Source: Candidatus Omnitrophota bacterium
Lineage (GTDB): Bacteria > Omnitrophota > Gorgyraeia > Duberdicusellales > 4484-171
Length of the DNA: 64,000 nucleotides
Direction of reading: 5' to 3'
Assembly (NCBI GenBank): GCA_016935525.1
Contig: JAFGQU010000004.1
Span: 131,774 to 195,773 of the forward strand
Every line of letters begins with the position of its first letter. The first letter of the stretch is position 1. Positions 40,138-48,699 of the stretch are shown in pieces. The notes below the pieces were generated by a model. The model made no database searches and was not told the origin of the DNA. It worked only from the letters and a program-made list of their open reading frames with translations. The translations under genes and the position numbers were made by a program.

Positions 40138-40237
40138 CGTAACGCGTAACGCGGCACGCGACACGCGCATAAAGAAAAATATTAAAATCGATTTCCTCTC
40201 CCCAAGACGCGTTACGCAGGACGCATGACGCGTTACG
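40138..40237. repeat. Variant palindromic element built from ACGCGTTAC/GTAACGCG heptamers
   Basis: cgtaacgcgtaacgcggcacgcgacacgcgc - ataaagaaaaatattaaaatcgatttcc - gacgcgttacgcaggacgcatgacgcgttacg. Same architecture as the GTGAC family, with a different unit. Confidence 0.75.
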
Positions 40238-41039
40238 GGAGCATCGCGACCACTCTCGCCCAGGCCGCGCCGGTTTGCCGGATACGTACCGGCAGACAAC
40301 TGACGGTAAACCCGTGATCAGGCAATGCCCCTAAATTAGCCAGCCGTTCGATATGGATAAACTCCCGAGTGCGCCCGTAAAAATGAGCCGGCCATAAATA
40401 GCGGGCTTCTCTTTTTTCTAAAAAGTCTTTCATCATGTATTTATAAGGACGGTCTATCCCCATGGTATCCACACCGAATATTTTTATCTGGTGATCAAGG
40501 AGATAATCGATCGCCGAATTGTCCAGCCCCGGATAATCGGAAAAATAACGGGGAGTGCCGTATAACGTATCCGAACCGGTATAGATAAGTACGATATCCA
40601 ACGGTTTTAAAGTATACCCTATCTTTTCAAGCGCTCGCCGGATATCTTCGGCGCCGATCGTCTCAAAAGGCTGCTTATAACAAAGGTCGAGGCGTACTCC
40701 GTTCTGCACGCACCATTCTAAGGGTATTTCTTCGGCGGTTTTCGACGGACGGCCTTCGGATCGGCTTCCGTAATGGAACGAATAATCAAGATGAGTCCCT
40801 ACGTGCACCGGGGAATGGACTATTTCCAAAGAAAGAAACTCTTCGTCGGGAAGATCGTCTTTAGTGATCATCCGCCGGCCGAACAGATAGGCGAGCTTCC
40901 CCTTGAGGGTCCTGGACATCAATACTTTATTTAGTTTTTTTATACCGTCACGGTGAGAAATCCGTTCGATATCGACATCATGGACTTCAAAAGCTTTTTC
41001 ATCAATGGGAAGGCTCAGGTCTATTATTCTCATGGTCAC
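40233..41039 (-). CDS. Putative-cyclase-family protein (kynurenine formamidase fold)
   Basis: HSPVHVGTHLDYSFHY metal-binding motif of the cyclase family. The probable true start is the ATG at 41033. The 3' end overlaps the ACGCGTTAC repeat. Confidence 0.65.
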   Translation of the reverse strand: MTMRIIDLSLPIDEKAFEVHDVDIERISHRDGIKKLNKVLMSRTLKGKLAYLFGRRMITKDDLPDEEFLSLEIVHSPVHVGTHLDYSFHYGSRSEGRPSKTAEEIPLEWCVQNGVRLDLCYKQPFETIGAEDIRRALEKIGYTLKPLDIVLIYTGSDTLYGTPRYFSDYPGLDNSAIDYLLDHQIKIFGVDTMGIDRPYKYMMKDFLEKREARYLWPAHFYGRTREFIHIERLANLGALPDHGFTVSCLPVRIRQTGAAWARVVAMLP

Positions 41040-41070
41040 AAAGTCACATAGTCACACGTCACATGTGACG
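41034..41070. repeat. Short GTGAC-family palindromic element
   Basis: ggtcacaaagtcacatagtcacacgtcacatgtgacg. Lies between the ACP stop and the cyclase start. Confidence 0.75.
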
Positions 41071-41081
41071 ATTTTAAATAA

Positions 41082-41318
41082 TTACGACTGTTTTTTATTT
41101 TCAATAATCCCCACGATCTCCAGCGGAGTCGAGCTTTTTCCTATCTCGTCCGTTTCTATCTTTACCGCGAACTGTTTACCCAGCGCGACCGTCAATTCGA
41201 CCATTTCAGTTGAATCTACTCCGATAGAATCATAGAGCGTTTTATCTTCAATAAGTTCATCCTCACCCACATCCAATGTCTTGGCAATAGCCGAGATCAC
41301 TTCTTCTTTAAGTCCCAT
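41082..41318 (-). CDS. Acyl carrier protein
   Basis: IGVDSTEMVEL phosphopantetheine-attachment motif. Strong RBS AAAGGAGGG before the MGLKEE start. Confidence 0.75.
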   Translation of the reverse strand: MGLKEEVISAIAKTLDVGEDELIEDKTLYDSIGVDSTEMVELTVALGKQFAVKIETDEIGKSSTPLEIVGIIENKKQS

Positions 41319-41425
41319 GGTCCCTCCTTTTTGAAACACAGATAGTCACGGATTAAGATCCACAAGATGGTCACAGACGCAAAAATCTGCGATCATCAGT
41401 TCAAAATCAGCGATTATCTGCGCAA

Positions 41426-42661
41426 TCATGCCTTTTCAATAGCCAACACCACATTAATCCCGCCCCGGCCGCGCGCCAAAATAAGCGCTTTTTTTATTTT
41501 TCTCGACCGGGAAACGTTGGGAGTATAATCGAGATCACAGTAAGGGTCAGCCATCTCATAATTGATCGTAGGCAATATAGTCTCGTGCTCCATAGAAAGC
41601 AATGTCGAGATCAGATCAAGTGAAGTTTGAGCACCCAGGAGGTTTCCGTACATACTCTTGGGAGCGCTCAATGCGATACCACCGATCTTTTTACCGAACA
41701 CATTCTTTAGGGCCATTGTCTCATTACTGTCTCCGATTGTGGTCGCATCACCGTCGAGACAGATATAATCGATATCCTCCTTTTTCCATCCGGCATCATT
41801 GATACATTCTTCGATGGCATACTGGAAACTTTCCGGATCCAACCGGTACCGGGCATAATGGTACCCGTCACAACTTACTCCTATCCCGCGCAGGTATCCG
41901 TAGACCGGCGCGCTCCGATTACGGGCGTGGGCTTCTTTTTCGAACGTCACGATTCCGGCCCCTTCGCCCAACACAAACCCGTCACGGTTTAAATCATAGG
42001 GACGATACGCTTTTTGAGGATTAAGGTTATTTTTAGAAAGCTGACCGCAACTTGACGCCGAAAGGAGCGCATAAGGCGTAATCGGAGCTTCCATCCCGCC
42101 GGCAAGCACATAATCGTTTTTCCCCTCGGCGATCACTTTTGCTCCGTACCAAAGGGCAAGGGCCGATGAAGCTTTATCGGCGACGATGGTCTTACTATAC
42201 CCTTTAAACCCGTAATAAATAGTCACCTGCCCCTGAGGAGCCGCCGGAAACCAGGCACTGGCCATATAGGGCGAAATACCTTCACGGCCTTCCAAATACA
42301 TATCCCGCAGTTCAGTTTCGGCAAAAAGCCATCCTCCCAGAGCGTTTCCCATGAATACTCCGACTCTATTCTTATCCACCTGGGTATGATCTATCCGGGC
42401 ATCCTGTAACGCTTGTTCAGACGCTACCAGCGCCATATGAGAAAACACATCGATCTTTTTGATCAGCCGGCTCGATAAATGCGTGTAATAATCGAGTTCA
42501 TGTACCTGGCCGGCAATACGGGAAGGATAGAGTTTTGCGTCGAAGCGGGTGATCTCATCGACAAACGAACGGGCCTGTTTTAAATTCGCCCAAAACGTTT
42601 CTTTCTTCATCCCGCAGGGAGACACTACTCCTAATCCGGTAATAGCAACTGATTCTTTCAT
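41426..42661 (-). CDS. Ketosynthase-beta / chain-length-factor-like KS paralog, catalytically inactive
   Basis: Thiolase-fold KS in which the catalytic Cys position reads ADKASS (Lys). The two catalytic His positions read DGDATT and GNLLGAQ (Asp, Asn). Confidence 0.8.
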   Translation of the reverse strand: MKESVAITGLGVVSPCGMKKETFWANLKQARSFVDEITRFDAKLYPSRIAGQVHELDYYTHLSSRLIKKIDVFSHMALVASEQALQDARIDHTQVDKNRVGVFMGNALGGWLFAETELRDMYLEGREGISPYMASAWFPAAPQGQVTIYYGFKGYSKTIVADKASSALALWYGAKVIAEGKNDYVLAGGMEAPITPYALLSASSCGQLSKNNLNPQKAYRPYDLNRDGFVLGEGAGIVTFEKEAHARNRSAPVYGYLRGIGVSCDGYHYARYRLDPESFQYAIEECINDAGWKKEDIDYICLDGDATTIGDSNETMALKNVFGKKIGGIALSAPKSMYGNLLGAQTSLDLISTLLSMEHETILPTINYEMADPYCDLDYTPNVSRSRKIKKALILARGRGGINVVLAIEKA

Positions 42662-43932
42662 AAAGAAACTCCGTTTTCTTTGGTGTTAAAGCGTTTGAAA
42701 ATGATTGATGAGTGGATTCCTGAGAAACCACTACTTGTCTTTAAAATATAGTTCGGCATCAATTCCCGTTTGACATTGGGAATATAATCCAGGTCGCATT
42801 GCGGATCCGGTTCTTCCTGGTTGATCGTAGGAGGCAAATACCCGTTTTGAAAGATCATTCCGCACAGCACACTCTCCACCGCATTAGCCGCAGCTAAAGG
42901 ATGGCCGATCATCGATTTTATCGAACTGATCGGGACTTTATAGGCGTACTCTCCGAACACTCCTTTATACGCGTTGGTCTCAAACACATCGTTCTGGCGG
43001 GTTGAAGAACCGTGAGCGTTGATATAATCTATATCCTCGTTCTTTATTCCGGCATCGGCTATGGCTTCCCGGATACACCGTTCCATCGCTTCGCCGCTTT
43101 CGGGAAGATCAGTCATATGGTACGCATTACAGCTGGTACCGTATCCGACGACTTCTCCGTAAATAGGCACCCCTCTTTTTTTTGCGTGTTCTAACTCTTC
43201 TAAAATAAGGACGCCGGCGCCTTCGGAAATCACAAATCCGTTCCGTTTGTTATCAAACGGACGACTCGCTTTATGTGGTTCATCGTTATTTTTCGCAAGT
43301 ACGTTCACGACATCAAATGCTCCAAAAGTAATCGGGCAGACCGGGGCTTCACTTGCTCCGGCAATGACCAGGTCCTGCCGGCCGTCACGGATAAGTTCAT
43401 AGCTAAATCCTAACGAATCGGTCCCGGCGGTACATCCGGTAGAAACCGTACAATTGAACCCCTGAGTGCCGTACAGAGCGCTGATCTCACTGGAGGGGGT
43501 ATTGAACATCGCCGCATCGTAAAGATACGGCCTCCCTTTTCGGGGATCGATCGGATTTTTACCCCATCCGGTTACCCGTAAAAATTCTTCTTCCATAAAC
43601 CGGGTCCCACAGATGGCATTGGCAAGGATTACCCCGCATTTTTTCCGATCAAGTCCATTAAAATCTATTTTTCCGTCGGTCACCGCCTGGACCGCCGCAG
43701 CCAGGGCGAACTGGACGTACCTATCCATACGGAAATGGTCTTTAATCCCGAATTCTTCCGGATCAAAATCAAGATATTGCGAAGCGATCTTCGAGACAAA
43801 AAGACTTACGTCAAAATTTTCTACCAGTTCGACACAGGGTTTCCCGGAGATCAGATTATCGTAAAACGTATTTTTATCCGCACCGGCACCGCAGACAACG
43901 CCTAATCCCGTTATCACTACTCTTCTTTTCAT
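42658..43932 (-). CDS. Beta-ketoacyl synthase (KS-alpha)
   Basis: Catalytic Cys VSTGCTAGTDS, HGSST and GHPLAAA His motifs. Translationally coupled to the CLF gene. Confidence 0.85.
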   Translation of the reverse strand: MKRRVVITGLGVVCGAGADKNTFYDNLISGKPCVELVENFDVSLFVSKIASQYLDFDPEEFGIKDHFRMDRYVQFALAAAVQAVTDGKIDFNGLDRKKCGVILANAICGTRFMEEEFLRVTGWGKNPIDPRKGRPYLYDAAMFNTPSSEISALYGTQGFNCTVSTGCTAGTDSLGFSYELIRDGRQDLVIAGASEAPVCPITFGAFDVVNVLAKNNDEPHKASRPFDNKRNGFVISEGAGVLILEELEHAKKRGVPIYGEVVGYGTSCNAYHMTDLPESGEAMERCIREAIADAGIKNEDIDYINAHGSSTRQNDVFETNAYKGVFGEYAYKVPISSIKSMIGHPLAAANAVESVLCGMIFQNGYLPPTINQEEPDPQCDLDYIPNVKRELMPNYILKTSSGFSGIHSSIIFKRFNTKENGVSL

Positions 43933-44531
43933 TCTATTCTCCTTACCTTAAATTTCATATGCCCTCCGTCAGGACAGGCCGTACCGGTCTTACAGTGTTC
44001 GTTTTCTTCAAAAGTGAACTTCGCGCCGAAATTCAACGCAAACAGGACCGGAAACAGGACGCTGTAAGCCGCGCCACAAAACTCCGGAGGTGTTTTTAAC
44101 CCTTTTACCTGCCATTTGTCGCCCGGCTTGTAACCGAACGTACAATGTCCGCACGTCTCCTGCACCTCGATTTCCAGCTGTTTAGGATTGGGGCCTTTCG
44201 GTTTTTCAGCCCTGGGTTCGACAATTACATTACCGGCATCATCTAATATTTCGACTTTAAACGTAAGTTTGGCGTTATCGGGACAGGTCACATTGATCGA
44301 TCTGGTATTCTCCATGAACGGGAATTTCGCGCCGAAGGTAAGCGCGTAGAGACAGGGAAACGCCGATTGCGACAATCCCAGGCAGAAATCTTCGGGCGGA
44401 TGCGTAAAATCTTTCAAGATGAGCTCATCCCCTATCTTATAATTATGATAACAATACCCTCTTATCTCAAGAACAGTCAACTTCAGCTTGGGAAACGTTA
44501 CTTTTTGAGAGACTTCTTTTTTTTCATCCAT
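43929..44531 (-). CDS. Hypothetical protein made of two tandem roughly 95-aa Cys-rich domains
   Basis: Internal duplication. Both halves share C-x-H...K-x-GD...PE-x-FC...P-x-L-x-AL-x-FGAKF-x-F-x-EN...CPD...FKV. Confidence 0.5.
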   Translation of the reverse strand: MDEKKEVSQKVTFPKLKLTVLEIRGYCYHNYKIGDELILKDFTHPPEDFCLGLSQSAFPCLYALTFGAKFPFMENTRSINVTCPDNAKLTFKVEILDDAGNVIVEPRAEKPKGPNPKQLEIEVQETCGHCTFGYKPGDKWQVKGLKTPPEFCGAAYSVLFPVLFALNFGAKFTFEENEHCKTGTACPDGGHMKFKVRRIE

Positions 44532-45537
44532 ACGATTTCTCCTCTACCTTCGTCAATTCTTTCATGAATTCCTCAACAGATAAAAATGTATTTGTTTTTT
44601 CGACCCGGTGGACGAGTTCTACCATCTTTTTATTCAACGGCGCCTGGCTCATCGATTTTTCAGCCAAACCGACTATCTCTCCGTTAATATAATCTATTTC
44701 TGAAGGTTTTCCCCTCCGAATACTCTGTAATATAGATCCATAAAGCGGTTCTTCGCTTAAAGAAGCCATCACTTTCGAAAAAAGCACTGCCGCCTCTTTA
44801 GGAGGCATAGTGACTAACCCCTGGATACGTTCTTTAGGATATCCCGGAAGGCTGACCAGTTCGATGCCGGCATCTTCTATGACCGAATATGCCTCCCGGT
44901 TTACATAAATCGCGCATTCCGCAATTTCAAGATTACTGAACGCATCCTGCAGGGAAACTCCCAACACCGCCGGTATACAATTATTAAGGTTCACGAATAT
45001 TTTAAGATACTTCGCGCCCCGGATGTTTTTCTCATTCACCACGCGGGTAACCGGGCTAAGAATGCGTTCTATCTGGTCGAACTGCCAGCGGGGATTTTTA
45101 AAAAGGGACCCCACCACAAGGCTTCCTTCGAAATTGTGTACTACGCGGTCCGGCGGATAAAATGTCGCGCCGAACATCACGATCCCGGTGATGATCCGGG
45201 AAGCATGAGAATAATTCTCTACAATATAATCGGCGGCAATCCCGTTTTGAGTCGTGAGGATGAACGAATCTTTAAGATACGGCCCATTTTCTTTAAGAAC
45301 CGCCTCAAGATCGGCGATCTTGGTGGCAATTACCGCTACATCGACCGGCTCAGTCAACACGGTCTGCACATTGACTTTGACATTATGGGTCCCGCGTACG
45401 CCTTCGATCTTCAACCCTTCACGGGTCAACGGTTCTTTTTGATACTCCTTGACGATACCTATTACTTCACTGCGGCCGGAAAGATATCCTAAAAAAGCCC
45501 CGCCGATCGCTCCACATCCAAGTATCGCTACTCTCAT
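44524..45537 (-). CDS. 2-dehydropantoate 2-reductase-family (ApbA/PanE) oxidoreductase
   Basis: N-terminal MRVAILGCGAIGGAF Rossmann motif. KPR-like C-terminal domain. Confidence 0.7.
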   Translation of the reverse strand: MRVAILGCGAIGGAFLGYLSGRSEVIGIVKEYQKEPLTREGLKIEGVRGTHNVKVNVQTVLTEPVDVAVIATKIADLEAVLKENGPYLKDSFILTTQNGIAADYIVENYSHASRIITGIVMFGATFYPPDRVVHNFEGSLVVGSLFKNPRWQFDQIERILSPVTRVVNEKNIRGAKYLKIFVNLNNCIPAVLGVSLQDAFSNLEIAECAIYVNREAYSVIEDAGIELVSLPGYPKERIQGLVTMPPKEAAVLFSKVMASLSEEPLYGSILQSIRRGKPSEIDYINGEIVGLAEKSMSQAPLNKKMVELVHRVEKTNTFLSVEEFMKELTKVEEKSYG

Positions 45538-45986
45538 TGCCCCGCCTCACAATATTTTCTGAATGCCCCAAGCACTCGCTCAATATTCATACAATGCAGA
45601 CGTTTATATACCATGTTCCAAAGCATACGGGAACATCTCCCTTTCAATTCGCAACAAAAACGGTAGACGACTTCTATCTGGGCCCGGTCCTGGTGGACAA
45701 AAAATTCTTCATACCCGCCTTTAAACATCCCGTCAAGAAACGTACGGCGTAGATATTTTTTCTCTCGGTCGACGACTTCATTACGTTTATGCCATGCGGG
45801 CCCTAACGGGAACCGCGCCTTTTGCCAATACAGCGTGCCTTCTTTGATGTCACCGGAAAGGTTAATAAACCTCATCATCATTTTTTCAGGCCACCACTCT
45901 GACTGTGGACCCAGAAGCAATTCTTCAAAGACATCGATCCCGTTTCTTTGCAGTGAAAAAACGATATTTTGTTTAATCGTCTCCAT
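45534..45986 (-). CDS. Hypothetical protein
   Basis: 150-aa ORF, translationally coupled within the cluster. No confident motif. Confidence 0.35.
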   Translation of the reverse strand: METIKQNIVFSLQRNGIDVFEELLLGPQSEWWPEKMMMRFINLSGDIKEGTLYWQKARFPLGPAWHKRNEVVDREKKYLRRTFLDGMFKGGYEEFFVHQDRAQIEVVYRFCCELKGRCSRMLWNMVYKRLHCMNIERVLGAFRKYCEAGQ

Positions 45987-46245
45987 CTTCTATATATTGT
46001 TTGTAGGGAACCTCCAGCTGCTGAAACAGACGGCGCATCATGTCACGAAATGCCGGGGGCACCTCACAGAAAAAGGCTTTAATAAGATCTTCTTCCTCTA
46101 CGGTGCGGGAATCCCGCGCGCCGGCGATCGCTTCGGCAGATTCTTTCACCAGGTGTTCGGCGATCGAACGGTGAAATTGAGGAAGATTCCCGATCACTTT
46201 ATCAAAGATATCCTGGGCATTTTTAGCCCATGCAACTGATGCCAT
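45973..46245 (-). CDS. Hypothetical small protein
   Basis: 90-aa ORF in operon position. Confidence 0.3.
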   Translation of the reverse strand: MASVAWAKNAQDIFDKVIGNLPQFHRSIAEHLVKESAEAIAGARDSRTVEEEDLIKAFFCEVPPAFRDMMRRLFQQLEVPYKQYIEDGDD

Positions 46246-46246
46246 G

Positions 46247-46984
46247 TCATACTCCTTTCTCGATCAGACTGAACGCCCCGTTAATCATCTTCATCTCGGC
46301 TTCAAAATAACGATAATCGGTAAACCCCATCTGTCCGGTAATAAGGTTATCGGAAACCGCAAGGACCACCGCGACTTTCTTTTTATAGATATTCGCCAAG
46401 GTCACGAAAGGGCTGGTAACCATATCAACGGCGATAGCGCCTTTATCGATATAAGAATTTACTATATCTTTCGTTTCGCGAAATATCGCATCGGTTGTCC
46501 ATACCCCGCCGCGATGGGTACCGCTGATCTCCTTAAATGTATCGACCAACGACGAAGTCAACTGTCCATCTACCAGAGGCATATATTCATCGTCCACGTA
46601 ATACCGGGTAACCCCGTCACCCCTGATCACTTTATCGGCAACAATAAAATCACCGATCTCGATATCATCGCGCAGGGCTCCGCAGGAACCGATACGGATA
46701 AGCGTCTCTACTCCGGCGGCACAGACCAATTCGGTAATAAACGCCGAATCGGGAGCGTAAAACCCTCCGTTGCCGACGGTGACCCGTTTCCCTTTATACG
46801 TACCGGTCCAGAAAGTGTAGCCCAGAAAAGTAAAATTTTTTACGGGATCTTCAAGTTTATCGACACACATTTTAGCCCGTTGCGGTTGTCCGCTGATGAT
46901 CGCAGTGTGAGCAAAATCGCCGGGACGAAACTGCAAAGAGTCTAACAGGCCTTTCGGTTCCATATGGATCTCTCTGGTCATCAT
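46247..46984 (-). CDS. PNP/UDP-family nucleoside phosphorylase or nucleosidase
   Basis: PNP_UDP_1 fold pattern (GNGGFYAPDSAF, IRIGSCGAL, a VDMVTSP-like region). Confidence 0.7.
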   Translation of the reverse strand: MMTREIHMEPKGLLDSLQFRPGDFAHTAIISGQPQRAKMCVDKLEDPVKNFTFLGYTFWTGTYKGKRVTVGNGGFYAPDSAFITELVCAAGVETLIRIGSCGALRDDIEIGDFIVADKVIRGDGVTRYYVDDEYMPLVDGQLTSSLVDTFKEISGTHRGGVWTTDAIFRETKDIVNSYIDKGAIAVDMVTSPFVTLANIYKKKVAVVLAVSDNLITGQMGFTDYRYFEAEMKMINGAFSLIEKGV

Positions 46985-47002
46985 AATGATACTCCTTTAA
47001 TT

Positions 47003-47107
47003 AGTCACAAGGTCACATAGTCACAGGTCACACGCAATAGTTACTTTGAGGTATTTTCTTGACGTGTGTCGTGTGACGTGTGTCGTGTGACGTGTGTCGT
47101 GTGACGT
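47003..47107. repeat. REP-like GTGAC element with a 14-nt GTGTGACGTGTGTC x3 right arm
   Basis: tagtcacaaggtcacatagtcacaggtcacacgc - aatagttactttgaggtattttctt - gacgtgtgtcgtgtgacgtgtgtcgtgtgacgtgtgtcgtgtgacgttg. The right arm lies inside the ligase 3' coding end. Confidence 0.8.
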
Positions 47108-48603
47108 TGCAATGCTTGTTTATCGATCTTTCCCGTACGGTTTTTCGGTAACGACGCTACAAATTCAAAATGGTGAGGCACCTTAAAATGGGCAAGAAAT
47201 TTTCTCAAAAATTCGCGCAGGTCCTGAAGCGATAACTGCTCGTTTTCCTTAAGGACGATGAACGCTTTGGGGACTTCACCGCGTAACGCATCGGGCATAC
47301 CGATAACCGCGACTTCTTTTATTTTAGGATGCCGCTGGATCTTTTCTTCGACTTCAGCCGAAAAAACTATCTCGCCGGCCACTTTGATCATATCTTTCTT
47401 ACGTCCTACGATATAAAACAAGCCGTCTTTATCGCAATACGCGATATCTCCGGTCTTTAACCACCCGTCTTCGGTAAGTACTTCTTTGGTCAATTCCTCT
47501 TCCTGATAGTACCCACGCATCACTCCTTTACCTTTTACCCATAATTCTCCCTGTGCATTCACGGCACACCGGTTACCTTCGGCATCAACGATCTTTGCCT
47601 GTAAATAAGGCGAAAATCCGCCGATACTATGGATCTTATGTATATCGTTGGGAGAATAAGTGTTGGGTGCGGATGTCTCAGTCATCCCCCATCCGTTTAA
47701 AAGCGCGGATTCAGGGCACATTTTCTTGAATCGTTCAAGAAGTACCGGCGAAGAGGGAGCCCCGAATACCACGGCCCAACGCAACGAGGAAAGATCGAAC
47801 TTCTCCTGCCCTTTTAAAGAAAGGATAGCGACAAACATCGCCGGCACAATACAGAATATAGTCCCCCGGTAACGTTCAATAGTATGCAAGAATTCTAAAG
47901 GTTGAAATCTCTCCATCAATACCAGCGGTGAAGCAAAACAAAGCATGAGCAGGATATAATCTACACCGGCAATATGAGAGAACGGCACCCCGGCACAGAC
48001 AAAAATATCCTTATCGGTTATCTTAAGAAAATAATCCATGGTTTCCATGGGACTATCCAGATGAGCATAGTTAAGCATCACTCCTTTAGGATGGCCGGTA
48101 GAACCGGAAGTATAGAAAATAGCGGCAAGATGTCCGGGATCGATCGGGGAAGAAGGTTCCCGGGTATCTTTCTGTAACACTATCCGGTCCCAAGAAATCG
48201 CCTCAGCAGTCTCCTCTCCTAAGGTTATGATATGGCTTAATGTCGGACAGGCTTTTTTGATCTGATCGATATCGATCCCTTTTTTAGGCTGGAGGATCAG
48301 AGCCCGGGTGCGGCTATGGGTTACAAACTGAATGATCTCGTCCTGCGTCAACATGAAATCAAAAGGGATCACCGTCGCTCCCAGGCTGAATACACCGAGA
48401 AAACTCATCAGCGTTTCGGGGATATTCGGCAGGTAGAGAGCTATGTTATCATCCGGTGAGATACCGTGTTTGAGAAGATGATTCGCCAGGCCAAACGCGG
48501 TATCCCTGATCTGGGGAAACGTTATCTGCCGGTCTTTATACATGAGCATCGGCCTCGTTTGATAACGTTCACTTTGCTGAATAAGGAGTTTTTTTACATC
48601 CAT
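47041..48603 (-). CDS. AMP-dependent acyl-CoA/acyl-ACP ligase
   Basis: IFYTSGSTGHPKGVML AMP-binding motif and a C-terminal GKIDKQAL. The last roughly 20 codons (HVTRHTSHDTR...) are read from the repeat array. Confidence 0.8.
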   Translation of the reverse strand: MDVKKLLIQQSERYQTRPMLMYKDRQITFPQIRDTAFGLANHLLKHGISPDDNIALYLPNIPETLMSFLGVFSLGATVIPFDFMLTQDEIIQFVTHSRTRALILQPKKGIDIDQIKKACPTLSHIITLGEETAEAISWDRIVLQKDTREPSSPIDPGHLAAIFYTSGSTGHPKGVMLNYAHLDSPMETMDYFLKITDKDIFVCAGVPFSHIAGVDYILLMLCFASPLVLMERFQPLEFLHTIERYRGTIFCIVPAMFVAILSLKGQEKFDLSSLRWAVVFGAPSSPVLLERFKKMCPESALLNGWGMTETSAPNTYSPNDIHKIHSIGGFSPYLQAKIVDAEGNRCAVNAQGELWVKGKGVMRGYYQEEELTKEVLTEDGWLKTGDIAYCDKDGLFYIVGRKKDMIKVAGEIVFSAEVEEKIQRHPKIKEVAVIGMPDALRGEVPKAFIVLKENEQLSLQDLREFLRKFLAHFKVPHHFEFVASLPKNRTGKIDKQALQRHTTHVTRHTSHDTRQENTSK

Positions 48604-48625
48604 TTATTATTACCTAGCCTCATTA

Positions 48626-48655
48626 TAGTAAAATTTTATTAGTTAAATTTTACTA
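48626..48655. promoter_or_regulatory. AT-rich imperfect palindrome, a candidate PadR operator or promoter element for the cluster
   Basis: TAGTAAAATTTTA-ttag-TTAAATTTTACTA in the 96-nt gap between the padR stop and the first cluster gene. Confidence 0.35.
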
Positions 48656-48699
48656 TTCTCTTTTAAAAAGTCAACTTATAAATAAAAATTAATGTGTAT

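Noticed and set aside
24083-47107. Considered whether the recurring GTGAC repeat arrays could be CRISPR arrays
   Set aside because: The units are only 7-14 nt. They are contiguous, without unique spacers of 25-40 nt. They occur as inverted pairs in many separate intergenic gaps. No cas genes are present.
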